DNA of 52,166 nucleotides, taken from an uncultured delta proteobacterium. GTDB lineage: Bacteria; Myxococcota; Myxococcia; Myxococcales; Myxococcaceae. Every line of letters begins with the position of its first letter. Position 1 is the first letter of the stretch. The position numbers were made by a program, and so were the translations under genes. The notes beneath the pieces were generated by a model. It had not been told where the DNA came from, did no database searches, and saw only the letters and a list, made by a program, of their open reading frames with translations. The stretch is from NCBI GenBank assembly GCA_963771175.1, contig CAVYSY010000049.1:1-52166 (forward strand), given 5' to 3'. This document shows, piece by piece, positions 28,759 through 39,991 of the stretch.

Positions 28759-30481
28759 ATGGACATGCCTCGCTCCTGGCGTCTGCTCATGCCAGGCTTT
28801 GCCGTGCTCGCTTCAGCCTGTCTCTCCACCGAAGAGGCGGAGCCAGGGGCACCGCTGCTGGAGCAGCGCGCCGCCCTGGGCAACCCCAGCATCACCGTGG
28901 ATGCGAATGACTTTGGCACGGCCCCCAAGCTGACGCCGATGCACCGTGGGCTCAACTTCCATATCATTGGCAGCGGCCTCACCTGCTGGGATGGGTGCAC
29001 CTGTCCCGAGGAGGGCTTCTATGACGTCGACACCGATGCGACCTTCCGTGCACTCATGGGGTCGCTCGGCCTGGGCTCGGTGCGCATCGCCGGCGGCATG
29101 GATGCCAACTCTTACGACCACGGGCCGAAGAAGAGCTGGATTTCCTGGGCGCGCAATCCTGGCTTCCGGCTCAACGCGGACGTGCTGTGGTCGGACTGGT
29201 GGAACTTCCATGATGCGCTCGGCCGGCCGGCGCTGATGACCACCGGCAATGTCTACATGCGAGGCAACCCCACCTACGCCTCCTGGGTGCCCGCGGGCAT
29301 GAATGGGAACTGGGTGGCGGACTATCTCGCCCGAGGCCTGTCTGGCACGCATTGGGAGGCCGGCAACGAGGTCTATATCCCGGAGACGGTGCCCGGCTTG
29401 GACTATATCTCAGGCAGCGGGGTGCCCTATGCCCAGCGCGCGTGCAGCTACGCCGCCGAGGTGCATGCCGCCGATGACACCGCCCGGGTGGGCCTGGTTC
29501 TCTACGAGCACGGCTCGAACGAAGACATTTCCTTCTTCCGCACCGACGATTTCTTCTCCCAGGTGGCGTCCTACTGCTCCCTGAGCAGCTTCGATTTCTT
29601 CATCATCCATGACTATGCGCCGCTGGTGCCGCGGCTCAACAGCACGGGCTCGCCCGAGTTCTATGCGGGCGGCGTGGAGCGCTCGCTGGCCTACCAGGAT
29701 TCTGGTGAGCACCGTGGCGGAGACCCGTTCCAAGCTGGCCGCCTACCCGGGCGCGGCCGGCAAGCCTGTCTATGTCACCGAGTACGGCCTGCTCTTCGAT
29801 TCCAACGACACCGGGGGCCTGTGGGAGTCTGGCTGGCATGACAAAGGCGTGGCGCTGCTGCTGCTCCACCACTACTTCGACCTGATCACCGAGGGGGCGG
29901 ACGGGCTATGGTTCTGGGATGCGCTGGGCAAGTGGAACCGCCTGGTGGACCCGGGGGACGTGTGCGCGGGCGTCATTTCACCGACCCCCACCTCGGCCTA
30001 CCACCTGTTGAAGCAAGCCTTTGCGCAGCAGGGCAAGGTGCTGTCCGTGCCGGTGGTGGGCAGCCCCCGGTTCTCGGTGAGCGGCCCGGTGGGCAGCGGC
30101 TGCATCGAGCCTGTCTCTGGCACCGCGGACACCTGCTGGTGGGAGGCTCTGCCCTCGGGCTCCACCACCAGCGGGCCCTCCCTGCGCGCCTTCGCCTCCT
30201 ACCGCGTCATGCCCAGCCGCAGCCTGGCGGTGACATTGCTCAACTTCTCCGAGTCCTCGCAGATGCTGGACCTGAACCTGGCGGACTTTGGCATTGGCTC
30301 GAGCACCCTCACCTGGGAGCGCTGGAGCACCAGCGCCAGTGGCTGGAACGCGCCCCTGGCCTCCCCCACCAGCTCGTTCGTGCCCAAGACCCCCACCTTC
30401 CCAACTGGCCCCAGCACGGCGCGCTTCTCGGTCCAGGTCCCCGCGCGTGGCGTGGTCATCCTCGACATTCCCTTGCCGTAG
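28759..30481 (+). CDS. Clan GH-A-like glycoside hydrolase lipoprotein (frameshift near 29700)
   Basis: VRIAGG, HWEAGNE (acid/base), IIHDY, VYVTEYG (nucleophile), beta-sandwich tail. Confidence 0.7.
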
Positions 30482-30489
30482 CTGCTCAG

Positions 30490-30900
30490 GGTGTCGCTCA
30501 GGGTGTCAGACGACTCGTAGGGGCCGCTCCGCTCAGGGTGTCAGACGACTCGTAGGGGGGCTCCGCTGCTCAGGGTGTCAGACGACTCGTAGGGGGCGAG
30601 GTGTTGGAACGAGTCCTTTGACACCTTCCCGGACACCTTCCCGGGACACCTTCCCGGACACCTTCCCGGAGCCGGAACGAGTCCTTTGACACCTTCCCGG
30701 AGGAACGAGTCCTTTGACACCTTCCCGGACACCTTCCCGGAGAACGAGTCCTTTGACACCTTCCCGGGACACCTTCCGGAGTCCTTTGACACCTTCCGGA
30801 GGACACCTTCCCGGAGGGGAACGAGTCCTTTGACACCTTCCCGCCGGAGCCTTCCGGGGGGAACGACTCCTTTGACACCTTCTCGGGACACCTTCCCGGG
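30490..30900 (+). repeat. Stuttered cluster: 3 arm A and about 7 arm B
   Basis: A at 30502, 30537, 30574; B at 30609, 30677, 30705, 30744, ~30779, 30821, 30863. Confidence 0.95.
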
Positions 30901-30908
30901 GGGCCACT

Positions 30909-33077
30909 CTATTCCAGCACCGCCGGCGGGGGTGCCACGGGCTCCGGCTCCGTCCCGCCTGAGCCCCTCGTCACCAGGCCCACCAGCCCTCCGAGCACCA
31001 CCGCCGCCACCAGTCCCAGCACGTAGCGCCGATCCTCCCAGACGGGCGGCTTCAGCGCGGCCTCCACCGCCGACTGTGTCGCGGGCAGCCACAGCGTGGC
31101 CTTCGTCTTCATCTGCTGTGCCTTCTCCACCTTCGCCGCAAGCTGCCGCGAGCGCTTCACCAGCTCCTGCGACCACGTCCGCAGCCGCGCCACCTCCGCT
31201 TCCATCCTCGACCTCAAGGACGCCTTGCGCTGCTGGAAGTGGGCGCTCAAGGCCCGTCGCTCCGCCTCTCCCACCGCCAGGCCTGGATCGAACCGGAAGC
31301 CCTTCTCCACCTCCTTCGCCCACGCCACCAGCTTCGCCGAGCGCACCGCTCCGAAGCCCGGCACCTGCGTCACGTCCTCCTTCAGCACGTCGTACACGGA
31401 CTCGATTCCGTAGCGCACCAGGTTGCCCTTCAGCCCCTGTTTGACCCCCTTGATCTCTTGATCCTCGATGAGCGTGTTGCGCAGGAACTGCTCGCGCTGG
31501 AGCGTCTCGCGATGCTGGAGCTGCCGCTGCTGCTCGGCCTCGTACTCCGGCTGGAGCCTGCCGTACTCCTCCCTCAGCCCGAGCATCGGCTGGAGCGCCC
31601 GCTCCGACAGCCGGTTCAGCTCCTCCAGGAAGCGCTCGTACTCGGCCCGTGCCGCGGTCAGGCCCGGTTCCGCCTGCTGGAGCAACCGCTGCTGCTCGGC
31701 CATCAGCGACGGGAGCCGCAAGTCCCTCCGGGCCCTCCACCACAGCACCGAGGCGCTCGCCAGCAGCGTACACGCCGACACCAGCACCACCTGCCCCACC
31801 TTCGAGGACACCAACAGCAGCACCCACCAGCCCACCGTGGCCAGCACGCCCCCCACCAGCATGGCCAGGCTCGCCCGCCGTGCCTCATCCACCTCGTCCT
31901 GGACATCCTTCGGCAGCTGCTCCGCCAGCGCGGGTATCGGCCCCTCCGGCGCCGGCGTCACCAGGTTCGGCCACAGCAGCCGTTGCGACTCGAGCCACAG
32001 CGGCTCGATGTCCGGGAAACCGCACGTGAAGACCAGCGGCCCTGGCGTGTGGTTCCCCGGCGCGGTGAAGAAGGCCACTCCACGCGTGACCCTCATCTCG
32101 CACCACGGGCAGGCCTCCAGGTGCTGCGAATACTTGTGCGTGGGCACCTGGGGGCACGTGCGCAGCGCGCTCGCCAGCCCTTGCAGGGCCTGGAGCCACG
32201 CCGAGGCCCCAGGCCGCCCCGTCCGCGGCGCCTCCGGGGCGAAGGCCTGCTCGAAGAGCCCCACCAGCTCCGGGGGAAGCGTGGTCAGCGGCAGGTGGAT
32301 GGCGGGCGGCGCCATCTGCAGCGCCCTCGCGTCGCGCCCGTAGGCGAAGCGGAACTCGCGGATGGCCCGCTCCGGCGTCATCTCCCCCTGCCCGGTGAAG
32401 ACGCCGGTGAAGGGATGGCGTCCCAGGAAGAGCAGGTGGAAGAGCAGCACCGCCAGGCTGAAGCCCTCGTGCGAGTCGGTCCGCTCCAGCCCCGCGAAGG
32501 CCTGTCCCTGGAGCTCGGGCGGCGTGAAGAGCGGCACGCCCACGTCGCAGCGGTACACCCGGCTGTCCGCCCGGAGCTGGAACGAGTCGCAGTCAATCAG
32601 TCGCACCGTGGCGTCCAGCGGGGACACCAGCAGGTTGCTCTCGTTGACGTCCCCCACCAGGTGGCCGACGGCGTGCAACTCCGCGAAGACGCTCGCGCAG
32701 TTGAGCGCCGTCTGCACCAGGAAGGACCAGTCCGCGGTGGGGAACTCCTTGCGGCGGCTCGCCGTGGAGTACAGCAGGTGGATGGGTTTGAAGCCGCTCA
32801 CCCGGGCCATGGTGAAGCCGCGCACCGGACCTCCGGCACTGCCCTCGTGCAGCACCTCGAGCGGCCAGGCCGCCAGCTTCTCCACTCCCGGCGGCACATG
32901 GGCGGCCATCCACAGCAGCTTCTGGCCTCGCTCCTCCGGGGGGGTCGACAGGTACACCTTCGCCACGCGCTGGGGCTCTCCCGGCAGGGAGTACACCGCT
33001 CCCTCTCCCCCTCGGCCCAGCTCGGCACCCAGGGCGAGCCGCTCACCTCGCGAGTTGAAGAGCGGCGATGGCGACAC
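30909..33077 (-). CDS. YegI-like Ser/Thr kinase with TM helices and HhH region (TerY-P triad)
   Basis: LGRGGEGAVY, VAKVY, VGDVNESN, LIDCDSFQ, FTPPELQG, GRHPF, CPWC, VPGFGAVR. Confidence 0.88.
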   Translation of the reverse strand: MSPSPLFNSRGERLALGAELGRGGEGAVYSLPGEPQRVAKVYLSTPPEERGQKLLWMAAHVPPGVEKLAAWPLEVLHEGSAGGPVRGFTMARVSGFKPIHLLYSTASRRKEFPTADWSFLVQTALNCASVFAELHAVGHLVGDVNESNLLVSPLDATVRLIDCDSFQLRADSRVYRCDVGVPLFTPPELQGQAFAGLERTDSHEGFSLAVLLFHLLFLGRHPFTGVFTGQGEMTPERAIREFRFAYGRDARALQMAPPAIHLPLTTLPPELVGLFEQAFAPEAPRTGRPGASAWLQALQGLASALRTCPQVPTHKYSQHLEACPWCEMRVTRGVAFFTAPGNHTPGPLVFTCGFPDIEPLWLESQRLLWPNLVTPAPEGPIPALAEQLPKDVQDEVDEARRASLAMLVGGVLATVGWWVLLLVSSKVGQVVLVSACTLLASASVLWWRARRDLRLPSLMAEQQRLLQQAEPGLTAARAEYERFLEELNRLSERALQPMLGLREEYGRLQPEYEAEQQRQLQHRETLQREQFLRNTLIEDQEIKGVKQGLKGNLVRYGIESVYDVLKEDVTQVPGFGAVRSAKLVAWAKEVEKGFRFDPGLAVGEAERRALSAHFQQRKASLRSRMEAEVARLRTWSQELVKRSRQLAAKVEKAQQMKTKATLWLPATQSAVEAALKPPVWEDRRYVLGLVAAVVLGGLVGLVTRGSGGTEPEPVAPPPAVLE

Positions 33078-33080
33078 GGC

Positions 33081-33854
33081 CTACCCGCTGCCTTCCCGGA
33101 CGGCCAGCACGAGCGTCTTGTCATCATCCGTGCGCTCGTTGACCGCGGGCGAGTCCAGGAACGCGCGCAGGGGCTCCCTCAGCTCCTCCGGGTGCGCGGC
33201 CCCGCGCAGCGTGGCGAACAGGGGCTCGAAGAAGGGACGGTGCACCGAGCGCGAGGCGAAGTGGAGCGCCATCATCTGGAGCCCGTCGGTGAGCAGGGCC
33301 ACCTCGTCCACCGGCTCCCCGCACGTCACCTCCAGCACCTGCTCCATGTCCCGCGAGGTGAGGAACCAGGTGCTGTTGGCGTACTGGCCCACCTGGGGCC
33401 AGAAGACGGGCACGTAGTCCTCTCCCCGGCGCACGACGATGACCCCATCCCCCACCTGGGCGAACACGGACCCGTGCGCCCCCACCACCGCCGTCAGCAG
33501 CGTGCAGGACAGCTCGTGCGGCGACACCTCGCGCCTCGCGGCCTCCTCCTCCAGCGCCTGGCGCACCTGCCGGTACCAGCCGCGAATCACCTCCGGGTTC
33601 CTCAGTCCCTCCGCGCCCTCGCGCGCGAGCGCCTCGCGGGCCAGCTCGACGAAGCGCCGGCACGCCAGCGCCGAGCCCTCCTGGCTCAGCCCCGCACTGC
33701 CCGCACCGTCGGCGCACGCCACCACCAGAAAGCACTCCTGCCCCGGACTCGTGACCGTGCCCGCGCAGCTGTCCTGGCACGGGGTGGCCGAGCGCCGGTG
33801 CGAAGTCCCCTCCAGGGACTGCTGGAGCAGCCTCCACATGTGGGCGTTCTCCAA
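33081..33854 (-). CDS. YegK-like PP2C-family phosphatase (TerY-P triad)
   Basis: GTSH..PCQD, ACADGAGSA, QVGDG, LLTDG, TDDDKTL. Confidence 0.9.
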   Translation of the reverse strand: MENAHMWRLLQQSLEGTSHRRSATPCQDSCAGTVTSPGQECFLVVACADGAGSAGLSQEGSALACRRFVELAREALAREGAEGLRNPEVIRGWYRQVRQALEEEAARREVSPHELSCTLLTAVVGAHGSVFAQVGDGVIVVRRGEDYVPVFWPQVGQYANSTWFLTSRDMEQVLEVTCGEPVDEVALLTDGLQMMALHFASRSVHRPFFEPLFATLRGAAHPEELREPLRAFLDSPAVNERTDDDKTLVLAVREGSG

Positions 33855-33857
33855 CTC

Positions 33858-34528
33858 CTAGACGGTGGCCCAGCCGCCAGGGGCCGCCGGGTTCTCCAGC
33901 CGCACCTCGTCCGTCGTTTGCGAGCGGGAGACGGCCTTCTGAGAGTTGGACAACCACTGGAACAGGTCTCGGAAGCGCAGGCCGTCCAGCTTGAGCGGCT
34001 CCCGCACGGAGATTTGCTTGAGCACGTCGAAGTTGGCTCCCTCCACCCCCACGGCGAAGAAGGAGAAGGCCTTGGCGGCCTCGCCCTGGCGCACGCGCTG
34101 GGCGGCGGTCAGCCACACGTCCGTGGGGCCCCCATCCGTGATGAGGAAGATCCACGGCCGGTAGAAGAGGATTCCGTTCTGCCGGTAGAGGCTCTTGCGC
34201 TCCGTCAGCATGTCCGTGGCCCGGAGGATGGCCTCGCCCATGGGGGTGTTCCCCTCGGCCACCAGCGAGGGGGGAAGAAGGACTCGGTGGTGGAGAAGTC
34301 GTGCAGGGTCCGCACCTGGCCCCCGAAGGTGACCACGGCCACCTCCACTCGCTTGGAGGCGAGGCTGTCGGCGGTCAGCTCGTCGCGGTACTGGCGCAGC
34401 CCTGTGTTGAGTGCCTCGAGGGGAGCCCCGTTCATGGAGCTGGAGGTGTCCAACAGCAGCACGCACGGGCAGCGCGGCTCAGGGTTCTCTGCGAACGACA
34501 AGGCTCCAAACGGTACTTGCTCGGCCAC
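33858..34528 (-). CDS. YegL/TerY-like vWA protein (frameshift in a G-run near 34270)
   Basis: [48 protein letters not shown]. Confidence 0.9.
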
Positions 34529-34598
34529 GTGCCTCCCTCTGCGCTTGGGCGGGGGTCGTGGATCTACCAGGGAGGCCCCGGGTTGAACAGCCAGCCAG

Positions 34599-34870
34599 GG
34601 TGTCAGACGACTGGCCAGGGTGTCAGACGACTCGTAGAGACGACTCCAGCCAGGGTGTCAGACGACTCGTAGAGCAGCCAGGGTGTCAGACGACTCGTAG
34701 AGACGACTCGTGGAGCGCAGCCAGCAGCCAGGGTGTCAGACGACTCGTAGAGCCGAGGTGGCGGAACGAGTCCTTTGACACCTTCCCTGACACCTTCCCT
34801 GAGGGGAACGAGTCCTTTGACACCTTCCCTGGACACCTTCCCAGGGAACGAGTCCTTTGACACCTTCCCT
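34599..34870 (+). repeat. Stuttered cluster: about 5 arm A and 3 arm B
   Basis: A at 34599 (partial), 34619, 34654, 34682, 34732; B at 34766, 34808, 34848. Confidence 0.95.
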
Positions 34871-34921
34871 GGGCATTGAAGCCAGTGACCTCCGGCTCAA
34901 TCTTCCACGCAGGAGGCTCCC

Positions 34922-36610
34922 ATGCGTCCCACCCTGCTCCTCGTCCTCGCGCTGGCCCTGCCACTCGGACAGGGCTCGCTGGCCCAGCCCCTGGCCACCC
35001 GCGGAGAGCACTCCCAGTCCTCCCCGGGCATGAGGTCCCTGGACTCGCTCGCCGAGGGGGCGCTCAGCTTCGACGACCTCGGCACCTACCACTACCCGGT
35101 GACGACGACGTCGAGGGAGGCCCAGGCGTACTTCGACCAGGGCCTGCGGCTCACCTACGCCTTCAACCATGACGAGGCCGCGCGCTCGTTCGCCCGGGCC
35201 GCCCAGCTCGACCCCTCGTGCGCGATGTGCTTCTGGGGCGTGGCCCTGGTGCTCGGGCCCAACTACAACGTGCCCATGCTCCCCGACCGCGCCGCGACCG
35301 CCTGGGAGGGATTGCAACGCGCGGTGGCGCTCGCCCCGCGACCACTCCGGTGGAGCAGGCCCTCATCGGTGCGCTCGCCCGGCGCTACGGCGGGCCGGAG
35401 CCCCGAGACCCGGTGGCGATGAAGCCCTTCAACGAGGCCTACGCCGCCGCCATGCGCGACGTGGCCCGGCGCTTCCCCGAGGACCTCGACGTCCAGGTGC
35501 TCTTCGCCGAGTCGCTGATGGACCTCAACCCCTGGAAGCTGTGGACGCTGGAGGGCCAGCCGGCGCCGGGCACGGAGGAGATCGTCTCCCGGCTGGAGGC
35601 GGTGCTCGCGCGGGCTCCCGACCACCCCGGCGCCAACCACTACTACATCCACGCGGTGGAGGCCTCCAACCACCCCGAGCGCGCGCTGCCCTCGGCGCGG
35701 CGGCTCCCGGGGCTGATGCCGGGGGCCGGGCACATCGTGCACATGCCGGCGCACATCTACCAGCGCGTGGGGATGTACGCGGACGCCTCGGAGGCCAACC
35801 GGCGCGCCGTCGAGGCGGACGAAGCCTACGTGCGCCAGGCCAGGCCCCGTGGCTACTACCCGATGTACCTCGCCCACAACTGGGGCTTCCTCGCCTTCTC
35901 CGCCTCGATGGAGGGGCGCGCCGAGGAGTCGCTGAAGGCGGCGCGCGAGTCGGCGAAGGCGTTTCCTCCGGAGATGCTGGAGATGATGCCCGGCATGGAC
36001 TTCTTCGTCTCCGAGCCGCTGCTCGTGATGGTGCGCTTCGGGCGCTACGACGAGCTGCTCGCCGAGCCGCGGCCGGACCCGAAGTACCCGGTGCTCACGG
36101 GCCTGTGGCTGCACGCGCACGGGCTGGCGCTCGCGGCGAAGGGGCGGCTCGACGAGGCCCGCGCGGACCACGCCGAGCTCGTGAAGCTGGCCGCCGAGGT
36201 CCCCGAGGACATGACCGCCGGCAACAACACCGCGCGCGACGTGCTCGAGGTGGCGGCCAAGGTGCTCGAGGCCTCCATCGCCGAGCGCCAGGGCCGCCCC
36301 GAGGCGCTGGCCTCGTGGGCCGCCGCGGTGCGGGCCGCCGACAGGCTGGCCTACTCCGAGCCCAACGACTGGTTCTACCCCGTGCGCCACTACCAGGGCG
36401 CGGCGCTGCTGAAGGCGAGGCGGTGGAAGCAGGCCGAGGCGGTCTACCGCGAGGACCTGCGCCGCAACCCGAACAACGGCTGGGCGCTCTTCGGCCTCGT
36501 CCCAGGCGCTCGAGGGACAGGGCCGGGGCGCCGAGGCGGCCCAGGTGAAGCGGCGCTTCCAGAAGGAGTGGGCCCGCGCCGACATCCACCTCTCCTCCAC
36601 GGCCTTCTGA
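34922..36610 (+). CDS. Secreted TPR-repeat protein (frameshifts near 35340 and 36500)
   Basis: AQAYFDQGLRLTYAFNHDEA, HPGANHYYIHAVE, GHIVHMPAHIY, YREDLRRNPNNGWALFGL. Confidence 0.8.
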
Positions 36611-36628
36611 GGCTCTCGATGGCGGGAT

Positions 36629-36644
36629 GGTGTCAAAGGACTCG
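36629..36644 (-). repeat. Arm B, inverted, upstream of the HUH transposase
   Basis: GGTGTCAAAGGACTCG on the + strand. Confidence 0.9.
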
Positions 36645-36774
36645 AAACGCGGGACTCAATCCAGAACGAGACTCGGCGTGGACGGGTGAGCCTACCGGCC
36701 TCCAAGTCTTTCTGAGGACTTGCGGCTGGCCCGAGGGGTGCATTGACCTCGCGGACCGAACGGAGGGGGAGGGG

Positions 36775-37706
36775 ATGGGCTGGCCGCTGAGGATGTTCCA
36801 AGAGGAGGGCTATTACTTCGTCACGTCCAGGTGCTTCCAGGGACGGCTGCTGCTGCGTCCCAGCTCGGAGGTGAACGAGGTGGTGGGTGGAGTGCTGGCG
36901 CGAGCCGTACAGCAGAGCGCCGGCACCATACGGCTGCACGCCTTCACCTTCGCCTCCAACCACTTCCACCTGCTGGTGTGGGCGAGGGGGGCGGCACTCG
37001 CGAGCTTCATGCAGTACCTGCGCGCCAACCTGTCCAAGAAGGTGGGGCGGCTGGTGGGCTGGAGTGGAGGCTTCTGGGAGAGGCGCTACTCGGCGGAGCC
37101 AGTGCTGGACGACGCGGCGCTGGTAGGCCGGCTGCGCTACGTGCTCGCCCATGGGGTGAAGGAGGGCCTGGTGGAGAGGAGCGCCGAATGGCCGGGCCTC
37201 ACGTGCCTGCCGCAACTGCTGGGGCCGGCACGGCGACTGTTCCAGTGGTTCAACTGGACGAAGCGCTGGAGCAAGAGGGGGGCGAGGACATGGGTGGTGC
37301 GCAGGGGCGCTTCGCGCAGGAGTGGGCCGTGCCGGTGGAGTTGGAGGTGGAGCCACTGCCGTGCTGGAAAGGACTGCGAGAGGAGGAGCGGCAGCGCGCG
37401 GTGCGGAGCCTGCTGGAGGATGTGGAAGCCGAGGCCAAGACCCGGGGCACGCCTGTCTTGGGGGCACGGGCCGTGCGGGCACAGCACCCGCATACCCGGC
37501 CCGAGCGACTCAAGCGCAGCCCACGTCCACTGGGGCATGCCTCCACGCGCCAGGCGTTGAAGGAGTTGCGCGAGCAGTACCGTGCCTACGTCGCGGCGTT
37601 CCGCGCTGCGGCGGCTCGGTGGCTGCAAGGGGATTTTTCAGCGTGCTTTCCTCTCTACTCCTTCCCCCCGCGTGTCGTGCCGGGTCGCGTCGCCCGAATT
37701 CTTTGA
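36775..37706 (+). CDS. HUH/Y1 tyrosine transposase, RAYT (TnpA-REP)-like, about 310 aa with one G-run frameshift near 37280
   Basis: YYFVTSRC, LHAFTFASNHFHLLV (HUH), GGFWERRY, LRYVLAHGVKEGLV..EWPG (Tyr helix; typical NPVxAGLV is altered). Confidence 0.88.
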
Positions 37707-37856
37707 CATCCTGACGGGGCGAGTCCTTTGACACCTTCCCGGAGCCCGAATTCTTTGACATCCTGACGGGGCGAGTCCTTTGACACCTTCCCGGTGGCTA
37801 ACCCCGAGGGAACGAGTCCTTTGACACCTTCCCGGCCCCGGTGTCAGACGACTCGT
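37692..37856 (+). repeat. Three arm B copies plus one arm A downstream of the transposase
   Basis: B at 37719, 37771, 37812; A at 37840; a unit including the stop codon is duplicated with 52-bp period. Confidence 0.93.
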
Positions 37857-37901
37857 ACTGGCCGCACCACCGCGCTGGAGTGAAGCACCCGGGGCCGTGC
37901 G

Positions 37902-38634
37902 TCAGAAGCCCTCCCGAGCCTGGGCCAGGGTGTACTCCGTTTGGGCAGGGACGAACGGACCTGTCTTCTCCACCAGCCATGCGGGGGCGCCCTGGGGCAG
38001 GTAGAAGTCCTCTTCGAAGGGCGACAGCCCCAGGTGACGCAGGTACTCCTTGAGCATGTCGAAGGTGAACCGGTCCCTCACCTTGCGCGCCTGGTACTGC
38101 TCCAGTTTCTCGAAGGGGAAGGGCTCACCGAACTGGTCGAAGACCCAGCGGCCCCCGTCATTGGACGCGCTCACGGCTGCGCACGGTAGTTGATCCAGTG
38201 CCGTCCGGTGTGGGCCGTACACCTCGAGCATCACGGCCCCATAGCGACCTTTGTCCTTGCGGTAGGGTGTTGGGCACCGCGACGACACGCAGGCCCCGGC
38301 AGCCCAGCGTCCGGGCCATGTAGGCCATGGCGCTCGCGGCATCGGTCCCCCCCCACCCGTTTTCGACATACGCCGTCCAGGGGCTGCGCGTGGGAATGAA
38401 GAGGTGCCGCCGCGTCTCGGGACTGGTCAGCGGCAGCAGGGCGGAGAGGGACTGCTCCAGGGTGCCCGAAACCGGGCGCACCTCCACGGCGATGCCACGG
38501 GGCGCCAGCAGCCCCGCCTGCCACGCCGCGAAGGCGCGAGCGGCATGCTCCGCATCGGCCTCCAGAAAGCCCATCTCCGAGGTGATAGGCGCCCAGCGGT
38601 CATCCAGGAGCAGTCCCTTCATGTTCTCCGTCAT
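37902..38634 (-). CDS. Putative immunity protein (frameshifted)
   Basis: ORFs 38158-38634 and 37902-38369 join; NDGGRWVFDQFGEPFPFE..RFTFDML; directly follows the toxin-like gene. Confidence 0.65.
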
Positions 38635-38651
38635 CAGGTGGGCCTCGCCCG

Positions 38652-39892
38652 TCAGGGCACGATGAGGAGGATGGTCTCCGCATCCGGGTCGTTGGACGTG
38701 ATGCGCGACTGGTGGCCGGGGCCACGGCCCGACGTGGGCGTGTCGTACTCCACGTGGTAGCGGCGGCCTTTATAGTCGAACTGCAGGTCCGGTCGGTTGG
38801 TTCCCACTCGCTGGCCGTTGCGCACCGTGAGCTGCTGCTGGTTCACCCGGATGTTCCTGGCGCCTATGTCCTGCAGATATTGGACGTCCGCTTGGACCTG
38901 CGCGTTCTGGCTCGGGCTGGGGCCGATGGGACGGGTTGTTGGACGAATATTGGGCACCTTCGGGTTGACCGCGACATCCTGAGGAAGGCGCGGGCCAGCG
39001 GCCATCGGCGGCGTCGGGTTGTTGCCAGTGAGCGCCTGCACCAAACCCGGCGATGGGGCGGGAGAGCCCGGCGCGGGAGCGGGCGCCGGTGGCGCGGGAG
39101 CGGGTTCTGGAGTGGGTGCGGTGGATCGCTGTTCCGGCTGTCTCGGCGCCGATTGTCGCGGCGCCGGTGCCTCACCCCCGAGCCGCTCCTCCCGAGAAAG
39201 CGGACGGAGAGCGGGTTCCGAGCCCACCCGCAGCGCCCGTGAGAAGACGCCCTGAAGAACCTTGGTGCCCGTGAGGGTCAACAACAGGACCTTCAGCTCG
39301 CGCTGGGTCGTCTGTGCCAGGTGCGTGCGCACCTCGAGCATCGTCCGGGCGATGCGCGGGGTGGTGGCCGGGGAGAAGAGGGTGGGCACGATGAGCGCGC
39401 CGCCCGCTCCACGGTACCAGGCATACCTCGGGTGTCCTGCCTCCGAGGCGCTGGCCGCCAGCTCCGCCAGGGCGGTGTCGCGAGTCCGGGTAGATGGAGG
39501 AATGGAGCGGCTCGGCGCTCGTCACTCCCAGGTCGACATGGGACTCCGGGACGAGGACGGGCAGCGGCAACCCCTCGCAGTAGAGGAGATAGCCGCCCGT
39601 GGTGAGGCCAAAGCCCACGGCCGTGACGCGGAACTCGACGAAGTCTCGATGGGCGCGTGGGTCGGCGGTCCGTGCGGAGACCCGGGGCAGTTGGACGCCG
39701 CCGCGGCGCAGCGCCTCCGCCTGTTGAGGCGTTGGGGACTCGAAGTCGATTTCGACGGTTCGCGGCAGAGACAGGACTGCTCTGCCCGTACCACCGAGGG
39801 ACCCTCGAGGGGGGCTGCGCAGCGCATCCCGTGAGCAACAACAGGAGCGCGAGCCTGCTCAACCGGTGGAGCCAGCCGACGATGAGTCGCAC
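38652..39892 (-). CDS. Polymorphic toxin-like lipoprotein with C-terminal PD-(D/E)XK-like domain (frameshifted)
   Basis: LLLLLTGC lipobox; Pro-rich linker; IRVNQQQ..NRPDLQF..YHVEYD. Confidence 0.65.
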
Positions 39893-39991
39893 CCAGCCAC
39901 GATGCCGGATAGGCGCGGAAGCCTGAAGGACGAGAGAGGTAGATGGCAGCGGGCCGGCAGAGGTCCTCGGGCGAGTCGACTGTCCGAGCGC

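Noticed and set aside
30570..30907. Small repeat proteins (KVSKDSF, GVKGLVP, RCQRTRS motifs)
   Set aside because: These are translations of the DNA repeat arms, not evidence of genes.
17198..34870. Arm clusters as CRISPR arrays
   Set aside because: Intervening sequences are irregular in length and are copies of flank or arm rather than unique spacers; no cas genes in the window.
35218..37560. 780-aa TPR-transposase fusion ORF
   Set aside because: Produced by a frameshift near 36500; the TPR gene ends at 36610 and the transposase has its own purine-rich RBS and ATG at 36775.
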